Source: Caecitellus pseudoparvulus (lineage: Eukaryota > Protista > Bigyra: Bicosoecida). From it: 64,000 bases of DNA. Under the pieces are notes generated by a model. That model was not told the origin of the DNA. It did not search any database and saw only the letters and a program-made list of their open reading frames with translations. Location: positions 1 through 64,000 of the forward strand of contig CBFFRQ010000092.1 in NCBI GenBank assembly GCA_965644315.1, given 5' to 3'. Shown piece by piece: positions 45,761 through 57,259 of this stretch (position 1 is the stretch's first letter; every line of letters starts with the position of its first letter). The translations under genes and the position numbers were made by a program.

Positions 45761-48700
45761 TCACATGCCCAGCGCCTTCGCTGCGGCGCTCTCCTGCTGC
45801 TGCGATTGACCCGGCACCATGGCAGGCGCACTCGCCCAGGGCCCTGCAGGGTGCACATCGCCTTGGGGCGAGGCAGCCCAGTGCTGCGCTGGGGGGGGCG
45901 CCCAGCTCCAGCCTGGGTACAGTGTGCTGGGTGCCTGCACTGCACCCTGCAGAGACGCGACGTCCACCCACACCACGTTGCCGTGCACGTCTGACACAGG
46001 CACGACAGTGTTTGGCACAGCAGGGGGTGCTGGCGGAGGGGCAGACGACGCCTTGCCTGCTCTGGCTTTGCGTTTGGGTCGTTTGCCCCCCTTGCTTGGC
46101 CCAGGGCGGGTGGCCTTTGAACTTGCTTGCACAGTGCTGCGTTTCCGCACGGCCTTGGTGCGCGCGCCCTTGCGTGCTGCTGGCGCCTTGGCACCTCCAG
46201 CTGCCAAGGGCCGAACCCGTGGAGATGCATGCACTGCCCTTGTCTGCACTTTTTGTCCTGCCACCTTCCTGACGCCTGCGCTGGGCTGCTTGGTTCGACC
46301 GCGTTGCACGTGTGCCCTGCTCGGGCGTTTGCGTGCGATGGCAGCTTCCCGAGCCGCGCTCTGCGCTGCCGCCTGCTCGGCCTCCCACTCGGCTGCCACG
46401 TCCCTCCACTCTGGGCGGTGATGGGCTGCGCCCTGCACTGCTGGAGCTGTCGCACGGTGGGCGTGCGTTGGCGCGGCAGTAGAAGCTTCAGCGGCCTGTG
46501 CCGCAGGGGGCTTGGCAGGGGACGGTCGCGGCACAAGGGCTCCATTCTCCCGCTGGGAACGGTACAGGCCGCCCTCTGCAGCCGATTTCCACTGCTTGTA
46601 CGCGGCTTCAGCTTCCTGGTGGCGTTTTGCCTCTTCCTCCGCTGCAGCCTTGGCAGCTGCGCGCTCTGCCGCCTTGCGTTTCTTCGCTTCGCTAGCCTTG
46701 CGCGCAAGAAACTCTTCAAACGCCTCGGTGCGCGCCGCTGCTGCCGCGGCTTCCTTTGCCGCTGCCGCCTCGGCGACACTGCTGCCCTTCTTGAGAGACC
46801 CCAGCCCGAACGTTTCCTTGCAGATGCGCTGGTACACTGAGCGCAACGCTGCACCCCGCACGGCCTCTGGCACGGGCGGCGCCTGCCCCGCCTCTGCTGC
46901 CTCCTCCTCTGCTTCATCCAGCCCCTCCCAGGCACAGCCGCCCTCTTCAGCCAGCGCTGCCAAGCGCCTCCGGCCGCCCTTGCTCGCTGCCAGTGCCCTC
47001 ACGCGCCTGTCCGCCGCCCCCCTCGCGTCCAGAATGGCACGGGCCTTGCCCGCCGTGCGCTTGTCTGCCAACAGAGACACCAGCACCGGGCGCAGCGTGC
47101 GCTCGACGTCCTCCCGCGTCACAATGGGCGCCACGTGGCCCGCTGCATCCCCCGGCCCTCGCACCAAGGGCTCCAACCGTGCTGACGCAGACATGGGCCC
47201 ACCCCCGCCCTGAGCCGGGCTTTGCCCAGTCGGCGCCGCAGCACCCCCCCCCAGCGCCCTGGACCGAGCCAGCGCTGCCTTGCGCAGCTGCGCCAACCTC
47301 GCGTGCACACGCATGCCCCGCCGCCCTGGCTTGCTGATGTCGAACCCGGCAGCCTTGTGCTCCGCCGTGCTGTCCTCTCGCACCAGGTCCTGGATGGCGT
47401 CGATGACGTCGAAGAGCAGGGCCGCCTGCGACAGCTCAGCGGCGTGCAGCGCTGCCTCGGCGTCCTTGCGCGCACCCCACTCCCGCACAGCCTGCCTCCG
47501 TGCTTCCCGTGTCGTGGCACGGTCCGCCGCCCACGCATCGAAGCCCGCCAGGGCGCTCCCGCTCCGGGCAGCGGCGACGTACTCCCAGAACAGGGCCGCA
47601 GACGCCTCGGGGTCGTCCCGCAGGCGCCGCTCCTCAGCCCGTGCCGCCTTGGCCACCACCACTGCCAGGGCGTGCTTCAAGCTGCGCACCTTGGCAGCCG
47701 GACCGGCGCCACCCGCCTCCACCTCGTGCTCTGGGTCCACGCTGTAGGCGTCCTCGTCGTCGGAGGAGGAGCCCCCCCCTTCCACCTCCTGGGCGCCTGC
47801 ATCCCCAAACGTCGCCTGGATGTCGCCCTCCTCCTCAGGGGTCAGGGTGCCCTGCCGGGCGTGGTTGAGCAGGCGGCGGGCTGCTGTGCGGGCGGCGCCT
47901 GTGGAGCCATAGTCCGCTGCCTTGGCCAGGGCTTCCGTGTGGATGCTCTCGTCCGACATGAACCGGAAGCGCTTCACGATGCCCAGCACCTGCTTGTGTG
48001 TCAGCCACCCCGCCCGGCCGCTGGCCACGTCAGCCTCGGAGGGCACGTCGCCCTCCAGCGCCGCCTCGAAGCGCTGCGCCGCGGCTGACAAGGCCACTGC
48101 CGCCTCTCGTCGCTTCTCAGCTGCCCACGTCTGCTGTGGACGGGCGTTGGGGCCCCGGCGCATGCGTTGCAGTGTGTGCAAGAGGCGCTCGCGAGGCAGG
48201 ACGGCAGTGGCGTAGCTGCGCGTGGTGAGGGTGGGGCCGGCAGAGGGGCCAGCTGGGTCCACAGGCTGCCACGCCGTGCCTGCCATGAAGGAGGGGTACC
48301 CGCTGCGCTCCGTGACGGTGTGCTGGGCGGGGCTGCCGCCCAGGCGCAGGAGGATGATGATGGCGAGGGCGTCTGGGACGTGCGGGTCGATGAAAGATCG
48401 CAGCAGGCGCCCGACGGTGTGCGCGCCCACCAGGTCCACCCCCAGCTGCCGTGTGATGGCGGCCGTGTGTGCCGCGGCAGACCGGCGTGGGCCACCCGAC
48501 TTGGTGGAGGCGGGGGAGGAGGTGGTGCGGGGCCCCCCTCGCGCAGCCTTGCCTGTGCCCCCCTTCACTGTCGTGCGCCGAGGGAGAGAGCTGGGGGCAT
48601 CGGGCGAGGCAGCTGTGGAGGCACCAGACGCGGAGCCTGGTGATGCAGTCTGCTCCTTGGCACCCCCCTTGGTGTGCAGGGACAGGTGGGCTGCAGGGAC

Positions 48701-51014
48701 GGAGTCTGCTGCGAGAACTGCCTGCCGCATGCGCGTGTACACGTCCGGAGCGCGCCGCAGAGCCGACATCCACTCCGCAATGACTGCGTCCGCAAGCTGC
48801 ACCGGGTCCTCCACTTCCCCACCCTCCCCTTGCGCTCGCCTCCTGGCAGAGCCTGGGTCCATGAACTCGGGCCGCTCGTAGTCAAAGCTGCCTGCCTCGG
48901 GTGACTTTTGTGGGGAGGCAGAGGATGAGGGGGGTGCTGCCGGGGAAGCCGGGCGGGAGGAGGGCACCACCGCTGCCGACCCATCGTTGAACGCCTCTGC
49001 GTGGTACGCTTGCCGGAAGGACTGGGGCACGGGGGACAGCGGCAGCACCGCCGACACCGCCACGCCAGAGCCCCGCCCCCGTACGTTGCCCAGACCACGC
49101 CCCAGAGACTGCCCCTTGGAGGAAGGCGGACTGGCCCGCACCGGGAGGCGGCTGGAAGGAGGCGAGTGCGAGAAGGGAGCGGGCGGGGCTGCACCCGTGT
49201 CTGCCTTCTCATCGGACTCCGCGTCAGCTGCAGGCTTGTCGCCGTCTCGCTCAGGTGCCTGTGAGGCTCCTGGTGTCGAGGGCGCCGTCGGTGCTGCTTC
49301 GTACTTTGCCGTCAGCAGGGCCCGCCAAGTCAGCCCTGGCGTCGTGACAGGCAGGGGCCCCGCCAGTCCCCGTGCCTCCAGGTCCCCCTGCAGCCGGATG
49401 CGCACCAGCGCCACCAGCATTTGAATGGGCACCAGGGCGGCCAGCTCCGCAGGCCCGCCCCGGTCTTCGGTGCTGCCGCTGCCCACCAGGCGCAGAGTGT
49501 CCTGCAGGGCACCTTCAGGCAGCGGCAGGGTGACCGGGCCTGCCTCTTGGCCAGGCCACGCTACCGGCACGACAACCATGCCTCGCAGCGCTGCGAGGAG
49601 GTCCTGCCCGGTCATGTGGTCCGCCTTGGCGCTGGAACTGGCCTTGGCCAGGCTCTGCGCCAGGGCGAACGCCACAAACGTGGCCACAGCGGGGGCATCC
49701 TCCAGCGGCAGCGGCAGGGGGGACGCCGCCGCACCGGACACCGTCACCGCCACGAGGACGTCCCACGGTAGCTGCGCTGCCATGGACGCCAGCAGGGCAT
49801 CTGTCGCCGCCTGGCTGGCCGTGGAGATGTTGCCGTCGTCATCGTCGCCGTCTGTCCCCGCCAAAGTGCTGACAGCAGAGGGGGCGGGGGAGGTGAAGCG
49901 CGGAGGGGAGTCTGTGGGCCCAGCACCCGACGCGGGGCTGCCACTGCCTCCGGCGTGCCGGACATCCTGCTGCTCTGGCGCAGCTGCTGAGCCAGAAGAA
50001 GTGCCGGGACTGAACGTCGGCAGCGCAGAGGGCGCTGCGATGAGACCAGCGCGAGCCAGCACCGCCCCTCGCACGATCCAGTCCGTGAGAGCATGTCTGG
50101 GATCCATGCCCAGGGCCTGCGCCGCCTTGGGGATGGCGTCCGTGCCCTCTGAGGCCAGGAGGGCCACCAGCCCCCACATGGTCATGCCAGCGGGCGTGAC
50201 GGCGTGCTGCCCCACTTCAGGCCACACCTCTCCGCCCCCCGGCGCTGACACGCCCCACCCCCCCAGCACCTCCGACGCAACAGGCGGCAGGCTCTGAAGC
50301 AGTGCAGCCAGGTGCTCCCCTGGCACAGGCTCTTCCTCCAGCGCAGCAGCGTAGGCGGCAAAGTCCTCCGCTCCCCACACACCGTCGCCATCCGTGTCGA
50401 AGCGGTCGAAGATGTACCCCACCGCCAACTGAGCCGCAGGGGAGGGGCAGCCGTCGGAGCCCTCCCATGAGGTGAAGGACAGCGGCTGCCAGTGTGGCGC
50501 GGGCAGGCTGCGGTCGTCCTCGCTGAAGTCGTACACCTGGGACCATGCGTTGGAGGTGGGGTCCAGCTCCGCTGCCGCAAAGTGCGCGTCGATGCCTGGG
50601 TAGGCGCCGTTGAAGGGCAGGAAGTGCAGGCCGCAGCTGGACTCGATGGCAGGTGCAGAGGGCGTGTGCGCTGCGATGGTGCAGCCCACGGCATCCCGCA
50701 CTCGCAGCTGCTTGGCGGCCACTGTGATGTGGCACGCCACTGGGCCGCGGAGGAAGACGGAGCCAGACGTTGGGCCGATGAACAGCCGGCAGCCCTGCAC
50801 TGCATCCACAGTGACCTGCGCATACACATCACACAGTATGACTGTGCAACCGGTTAAGTTCTTCAGAGAAGCCGTGCGCCTGTGTGTGGTGAGGGCCGTG
50901 CCATCGTGGGTGGTATGCGGGGGGGCGTTTCACCGGCGTCACAGCCTCGCACCCTTTCCCGCCCCCGTGGGCCACCACAATGAGTTCGTCCGACCGATCT
51001 TCAACGACGTCCAT
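45761..51014 (-). CDS. Large XRP2/TBCC-domain protein with EF-hand-like motif and C-terminal coiled coil
   Basis: QVTVD..CRLFIGPTSGSVFLR..AAKQLRVRD..PAIESS..NAWSQVYDFS beta-helix; FDRFDTDGDGVWGAEDF; short first exon from ATG 51014. Confidence 0.8.
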
Positions 51015-51284
51015 GATAACTTGGAAATGCACTTGGGTGCACGTCTGGGTGGAGCTGTTGTCAAAGCTCCTGTGCGCGCTCCGGCGAAAAGAGAGCGCGA
51101 TGCAACGGTCGAAGGCTGGCGTTGTCTCTGCAGCAAGCAAGCAGCAGCTTCCTCAGGCGCCGGGCGTCGAACCGCAAATGCGGCAGGCAGAATGAAGTGT
51201 ACACCTCCACACATATGGCATGCTTTACCCCCAAAGCGCATCGTTTTGAATTGCCTCGTTCCCATCTCTGTCGTCGCCACCTCG

Positions 51285-52129
51285 CTATGCTTGCTGGCTG
51301 GCTCGCAGCAACACGGGCGCCTTTCGCGCTTGCCGCAGCAGCGTGCCGTGCCACAGCGCATCCCCCCTCGCTGTGGTGAAGACCGGGCCCCGTCTCCTGG
51401 GCGTGGGCAGTGCCATGCGCCGGTCGCCTTCCAACCCCATGAGCAGGCGCACCACGCGCTCGTACCCAGCGTTCACAGCCAGGCACAGACCTTCCTGCAC
51501 GCCAACTGCCGCATCCACACGGCGGTCGCCTTCCAGACGCAGCAGCAACGCAACAAGCTCCTCGTGGCCCTTGGCGCAGGCGCGTTTGAAGCCTGCTTCT
51601 TCATGGCTGTGGGTGTCCACTGCGTGCTGCCCCGTCTGCTCAAGCAGCAGCTGCACGATCTCAATGTTCCCGCCGCAGCAGGCAGCGGCGAAAGCAGAGT
51701 CATACTGACTCTGTGTCGACACGCCATGGGACTCGGGCAGGTCCAGCAGGCGCTTGACAACGTCGATGTGGCCCTGTTCGCACGCCACTCTCAACGCCAC
51801 ATTGTCGTGGAGACCAGCTTGAAGGTCGAACTCGCCAGCCGAGTCCAAGAACACATCTATGACATCTATATACCCCTTGTAACAGGCGAAAACGAACGCC
51901 AGCGCGGCACTCGACGGTGTGCAGTCCTCAGCCTTCAACGCGGCGATGACATCTGCCGAGCTGCTGCCGCTGGCCAGAGCGCCACTCACCACGTCGCACA
52001 GCTCGCTAGCGACGTCGCCGTCGTGGGGCTTATCTGGGTTGCAGGAAGAAGGAAAACAGGTATGGTGAATATGCCCACTCCTGTCTGCTCGCATGCCTCA
52101 CCAGAATCACTGCTTGCATTGGAAGCCAT
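51285..52129 (-). CDS. Ankyrin-like repeat protein with C-terminal RGDAxWxG..R..VLLRA motif
   Basis: AFKRACAKGH-type repeats; micro-exon MASNASSDS + phase-1 GTGAG..CAG intron joins to DKPHDGDV. Confidence 0.82.
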
Positions 52130-52450
52130 GGCGTGTTGGGGAGAAACGCAGGTGAAACCCTCACAAGTGGTCGCAGCTTTGTGTTCATGGGGGAAGCGGA
52201 GCACTGAGCGTGGGACTTGAGCTAGTGGTAAAACACATATGCGGTATGTTTTGATGGAAGATCTTCTTCAATGACGTTCAGAGGGTGCCACAGCTGCCGC
52301 TAACCGACAGGCTTGCAATGAACTCAGCCGCAACACACCCGCCCTCAGCAGCCGACATCGCGCGGAAAACAGGGTTACTTGTCCGGCATTGCCATGGCCT
52401 GTTCCATGGTCTCAGCAGGCCCCACGTACCCAAATCTACTTTGCTCGGCT

Positions 52451-54061
52451 CTACTTGCCGACGCAGAAATCCGCGAAGAGCACATCCAGGACGTCTTCGC
52501 TCGTGGCCTCCCCAGCCACTTCACCCACCGCCACGAGGGCTTGCCGGACCTCTTCTGCCAAGACGGGCAAGTGCGCCTGCCCTCCTCCCGCCCACAACGC
52601 AGCCGCCGAGTCCAGGCACCGGACTGCCTCCGCCACAGCGTGCTGGTGCCGCTCTCGTGTCAGCAGTACACCCGTGTCCTCCCCACTGGCGCCGAGGCCA
52701 CCTGCCATGGCCCGCTCAGCCCCCTGACCTAGGCACGCCAACAACTGCGGCACGCCCTCGCCGGTCACGGCAGAGACGGGGAGAATGGTGGCTGCTGGAA
52801 GGGTCGCAGACAGCGACTGCTCCCACGCCTGTACAGCAGTCTGGCGGGCGTCTCCTTGAAGTAGATCCACCTTGTTCAGCGCTACGAGGACTATGGCTGG
52901 CAGGGGGTGAGGCAAGACATCTGGCAGGGGGGGTGCATCCGCCACATCCACCACCACCACCGCCACACTCGCATCCGCCACCACCTCCCGTGCCCGCTGC
53001 ATGCCTGCCCGCTCAATGGCGTCCTGTGTCTCCTGCCGCAGCCCTGCCGTGTCCGCTAGCTGCACAGGCACCCCGGCCATGGTGGCCTGTGCCGACACGA
53101 CATCGCGGGTCGTCCCTGCCTGGGCCGACACGATGGACACCGGCGCCCCGATCACGGCGTTCAACAGACTGCTCTTGCCAGCATTGGGCGGCCCCACAAG
53201 AGCCATGCTCACGCCCTGCACTGCCCGCTGCATGGCCTTGGACCGAGCTAGATGCCCGCGCAGCTCCTCGCATAGCTCTGCCGCAGACTGCATGGCGCCT
53301 CCAGCAGCTTCCTCCCCAATATCCTCCTCCTCATCGCCGAAGTCCACACACGCCTCCAAATGCGCCAGCACCCGCACCAGGCGCTCGCGCCACCCCTGCA
53401 CTTGATGTGCCAGTGCGCCATCCATTTGCGCCAAGGCTGCCCTGCGCTGGTGGGGCGTCACGGCGTTCAGCAGATCACCCAGCCCCTCTGCGGCTGTGAG
53501 GCTGAGCTTGCCTGAAGCCAGGGCACGGCGGGTGAACTCGCCAGGCGCGGCAGGGCGCACGCTCTCCTGAGCAGTGCCACTTCGGCCCAGCTCCGCCATG
53601 GATGCCAGCAGCTCGCCCACCACTGCCCGGCTGCCGTGGCAGTGCACCTCCAGCACATCTTGCCCAGTGAAAGAGGCCGGGCCTGGGAACCAGACAACCA
53701 TTCCGCGGTCCAACTCGTGGCCCAGCACGGCATGGCGAAGGGAGGTCAAGCGCATACTGCGCGGACTGGCCAGCGCTGCATCGCACGCACGTGGCGCGAT
53801 GGCCCGCAGCACCTTGCTCGCTGCCGGACCAGACACACGCAGGACTGCCACCCCGCACGGCAGCGAGCCACTGGACACTGCCACGATCGTGTCGGGGCGA
53901 TTTCCCCACACATCAGGGGAGTAGTGGCGATGAAATGGTGCTTGTCTTGGAAAAGCTAGGCCATGGGCCTTTGGGAGGCCTCTGCAGGAGCTAAGAGCGT
54001 GCTGCATGCTGCATCGAAACGCCCGTGAAACGCTAAGGCGATGTGCTGCCTGTGCTGCCAT
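52451..54061 (-). CDS. mnmE: tRNA modification GTPase MnmE/GTPBP3 (mitochondrial)
   Basis: DTIVAVSS, SFTGQDVLEVHCHG, PGEFTRRA, GPPNAGKSS, GTTRD, DTAGLR, NKVD, terminal FCVGK; presequence-like N-terminus. Confidence 0.95.
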   Translation of the reverse strand: MAAQAAHRLSVSRAFRCSMQHALSSCRGLPKAHGLAFPRQAPFHRHYSPDVWGNRPDTIVAVSSGSLPCGVAVLRVSGPAASKVLRAIAPRACDAALASPRSMRLTSLRHAVLGHELDRGMVVWFPGPASFTGQDVLEVHCHGSRAVVGELLASMAELGRSGTAQESVRPAAPGEFTRRALASGKLSLTAAEGLGDLLNAVTPHQRRAALAQMDGALAHQVQGWRERLVRVLAHLEACVDFGDEEEDIGEEAAGGAMQSAAELCEELRGHLARSKAMQRAVQGVSMALVGPPNAGKSSLLNAVIGAPVSIVSAQAGTTRDVVSAQATMAGVPVQLADTAGLRQETQDAIERAGMQRAREVVADASVAVVVVDVADAPPLPDVLPHPLPAIVLVALNKVDLLQGDARQTAVQAWEQSLSATLPAATILPVSAVTGEGVPQLLACLGQGAERAMAGGLGASGEDTGVLLTRERHQHAVAEAVRCLDSAAALWAGGGQAHLPVLAEEVRQALVAVGEVAGEATSEDVLDVLFADFCVGK

Positions 54062-54832
54062 GGTCAGCGGGGGAGAGCGGCGGGAAAGAATCAAGGACCG
54101 CGAAACGAGTCTCTGCCTGCAAGAATTGGCGAGATTGAGTCAGTCCCTCCTTCTTTGGAGGCTTGCTTGCAGCGGAACCGAACAGAGACAAATTGCAGTG
54201 GTTTGTCCTGACCCGCAAACAAGCAATCCCCGGAAAGGTTCCACTTGTCGAGCGAAGCCGGTGAGTGAACATGGGAAAAAAAGTGCTACCAGATGTAGTT
54301 GAATTGCTCGCTCGGAGACCTAGACTTCCAATGAGGGTTGAGTGCGTGTTTGTGATGAAGTTGCCAAGCTGCCGCCCAGCTTTCGGCGCGCACGCAAACC
54401 GAGTCATTCAGAGCCTGCATCGAAAGTGGGCACGTTTCTGCTGCGGTCAACGACTTGTCCTTGGCAAAGTGCAGAGCTGCAGGCTTCGGGCTGTCAGGGT
54501 GGTGCGCTGGGCGCACGGACCTTGGGGTGTCCAGCAAGCTGCTTCCGCACCATTCTTACTGAGATGCCTGACACCAATCTGCGCGTCAACTATTTCCCAT
54601 ATAAACCTGAGACTATACTTGCATCAGCGCATCAGCGTGCCGGGCGCCTTGTCTCCACTCCTGGTCGCCACAGGTGAGCGGGCACTGGTGCAAGTGCGGA
54701 AGTTGCGCCCTCACACGTCCACCACGACAACGCCCCCCTGCCACACTGACACACCTGCTCGCTGTACCCACACCACAGGATCCAGCTACACAGCACCTCC
54801 ACACCTGATCAGTCCCCACGCCACCCATCGTC

Positions 54833-57259
54833 ATGGTGCGTGGGTGTGAGCATGGCGCCTCACTATCGCCAGTACTTGCGGCAAAGCGTGTCGCCCACAC
54901 ACCACAGCACACAGCGCCGTTCCCCTCCACCACGCCACAGGCAGCAGCAACAGGCCAAGCCATGGAGGGCAGCGGATCACCCACTACAAGCATCGATGAC
55001 ACGCGGGCTGAGGTGGCGGCATGCTTGGGCAAGTTGAAGTGCTTGCCGGGCAGCGTCATGGACCACGGCCCAGCACTGCGAGGACTGGCAGCCATTGGGC
55101 GAGGCGAAGTGCCGGTTGCAGGTGACGCCCCATCGGCCATGAGCCTGGTGGAGCTGGAGGCTGCACTGCGTGATGCGGGGAGTGCGCTGTTGGAGCAAGC
55201 TGGGCTGTTGGCGGGGCAGCATGAGCGAGGTGGTGTGTGTGCTGCGCTGCAGTACCTGTCGTTCCGGTGCTTCGCCGCGGTGGATGTGCTGCATCAGGCG
55301 GCGAGCGGTGTGAGTGCCGATGCGGTGCCGGAGGGTGATGCACTGTGGGGTGCTATTGTGGGTGCTTGGGGCAGTGTGCGGGCCGGTGTGAACGTGGAGG
55401 GTGCGCTGGCTGACCTGACGCGATGGTGGCAAGGCTTCGAGGTGGCGGGTGTGGATGTGGATGGTGGGGCTGGCTCCATCACACATGATGCCGGTGGCGA
55501 GGCAGCAATGGATGCGGCTCTGGCTGGCATGCGTCAGCAGGCTGAGTGGCTGCGAGGCGAGGCGGCAGGCGAGCTGAGGAGTGAGAGTGCTGCGGAGCAC
55601 TTGGAGAGTGCAGCGAGTGCAGTGGAGGAGCTGCGTGGGCTGTTGGGGTGTGCACCAGTGATGAGTGGTCGGAAGGTGAGAAGTGTGCGTGGCCTGGACT
55701 TGGCGGGCGGCTTGGAGTGCCAGAGCGGCAATGGTGTGAGTGTGTACAGTGAACGGAGTCGCATCGAGGATGAGGATGTTGATGGAGTTGGGGATGTGGA
55801 GCAGTGGGCAGGGAGTGTGAATGCGGGTGCGACGGCCATTGTCATGAGTGTTGGCGCTGTGAAGCGTGGCGAAGCGGCTCGCATCGCCCACGGACTGCCT
55901 CGGATGGCACAGACTCCACGCAGAGCAGCACTGGCACACAGTACTTCAGCGGGCAGGGCTGATGAGCCGCTTGGTGAGAGGAGCAGTGTCACAGTGCAGG
56001 TGCAGTGTGAGGCGGGGTGGCCGCTGAGGTTGTTCCTGGAGGATGAAGCGTGGGGCGATGTTGGGCTGGATGTGAAGCAGCGCGTGGCTGTGAAGGTGCT
56101 GGGTGTGTGTGCTGTGGCGGAGGCATGCGGAGTAGATGTGAGTGGTGTGGGTGTGGGGAGCTTTGTGGTGGTGGGTGTAGGGAGTGGCAGTGTGGGTGAT
56201 CTAGTGGGCGCACTTGATGGGGGTGGTTGTGAGGTGGTGTTGAGTGCGTGTGGCGGTGTGTGGGGCACAGGTGGCTCTGATGGTGGCAGCGGTGATGTTA
56301 GCGGTGTTTTTAGTGTGTTGCGTGAGGTGCTTGTTGTGGGAGGTGGTGCGTTGGGTGGTGGTTCGGGCGTTGTGTCGAGCTTTGTGAGCAGCGATGAGGG
56401 TGGTGAGCATGCACTGACGAGCGTGTTGGAGGTGTTGGCGCGAGGAGGGAGTGGTTGCTGCATGGGTGCATATGCGATGGCGTGTGGGGGAAATGGGGGT
56501 GGATTGGGGAGTCTGTCAGGTGTGGAGAGTGCTGTGCGGAGTGTGCTTGATGGAGAGCAGGTAGCTGGAGAGGCAGCTCAGGCGGAGGCAGCTGTATCTA
56601 GAGCAGCATCCGCGAAGCACTCGCGGCCAACTCTTCGGCAAGTGAAAGCTGCTGAGGATGTTACATCGACGTTTGTGAAGGTATGCCGAGATGGTAAACT
56701 GAGAGAGGTGCGTGAGCTTCTGGCTCTGACTGGGGCGCGGGAAGTGGATGTGCACGCGGCGGATGGGATGGGACCTGAGGCTGCGTTCCGACGGGCATGC
56801 ACTAATGGCCATACAGACATCGTGCGTGAGCTGCTGGCTCTGACTGGGGCGCGGGAGGTAGATGTGCACGCGGCGGATGGTGGTGGACCCGAGGCCGCTT
56901 TCCGATGGGCATGCACTAATGGCCATACAGACATCGTGCGCGAGCTTCTGGCTCTGACTGGGGCGCGGGAGGTGGATGTCCACGTGGCAGATGACGGTGG
57001 ACCTGAGGCCGCCTTCCGATGGGCATGCTACTTTGGCCACACAGACATCGTTCGTGAGCTGCTGGCTCTGACTGGGGCGCGAGAAGTGGATGTGCACGCG
57101 GCGGATCGGCATGGACCCGAGGCCGCCTTCAGACTGGCTTGTCGCAGAGGAAACACAGACATCGTTCGTGAGCTATTGGATCTGACTGGGCATCGCAGGA
57201 TTCTGGGCATCGCGCAGCACCGAGCTGCCACGTTTAAGAGCTTGAAGTACCATATATGA
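54833..57259 (+). CDS. Large ankyrin-repeat protein, copy B
   Basis: 808-aa ORF; probable 105-nt intron 54836-54940 directly after ATG, or start at ATG 54962; four 38-aa repeats at C-terminus. Confidence 0.85.
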   Translation: MVRGCEHGASLSPVLAAKRVAHTPQHTAPFPSTTPQAAATGQAMEGSGSPTTSIDDTRAEVAACLGKLKCLPGSVMDHGPALRGLAAIGRGEVPVAGDAPSAMSLVELEAALRDAGSALLEQAGLLAGQHERGGVCAALQYLSFRCFAAVDVLHQAASGVSADAVPEGDALWGAIVGAWGSVRAGVNVEGALADLTRWWQGFEVAGVDVDGGAGSITHDAGGEAAMDAALAGMRQQAEWLRGEAAGELRSESAAEHLESAASAVEELRGLLGCAPVMSGRKVRSVRGLDLAGGLECQSGNGVSVYSERSRIEDEDVDGVGDVEQWAGSVNAGATAIVMSVGAVKRGEAARIAHGLPRMAQTPRRAALAHSTSAGRADEPLGERSSVTVQVQCEAGWPLRLFLEDEAWGDVGLDVKQRVAVKVLGVCAVAEACGVDVSGVGVGSFVVVGVGSGSVGDLVGALDGGGCEVVLSACGGVWGTGGSDGGSGDVSGVFSVLREVLVVGGGALGGGSGVVSSFVSSDEGGEHALTSVLEVLARGGSGCCMGAYAMACGGNGGGLGSLSGVESAVRSVLDGEQVAGEAAQAEAAVSRAASAKHSRPTLRQVKAAEDVTSTFVKVCRDGKLREVRELLALTGAREVDVHAADGMGPEAAFRRACTNGHTDIVRELLALTGAREVDVHAADGGGPEAAFRWACTNGHTDIVRELLALTGAREVDVHVADDGGPEAAFRWACYFGHTDIVRELLALTGAREVDVHAADRHGPEAAFRLACRRGNTDIVRELLDLTGHRRILGIAQHRAATFKSLKYHI
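56711..57200 (+). repeat. 114-bp coding tandem array (units start 56711, 56825, 56939, 57053, partial 57167)
   Basis: Exact 114-nt period seen directly in the sequence. Confidence 0.95.

Noticed and set aside
54090-54430. Possible box C/D snoRNA in a low-GC intergenic region
   Set aside because: A GTGATGA is present but there is no suitably placed D box or terminal stem; more simply a divergent promoter region
56711-57200. Diversity-generating retroelement target or TALE-like repeats
   Set aside because: Differences are not adenine-specific, no template repeat or reverse transcriptase is in the window, and the unit is ankyrin-like rather than TALE-like
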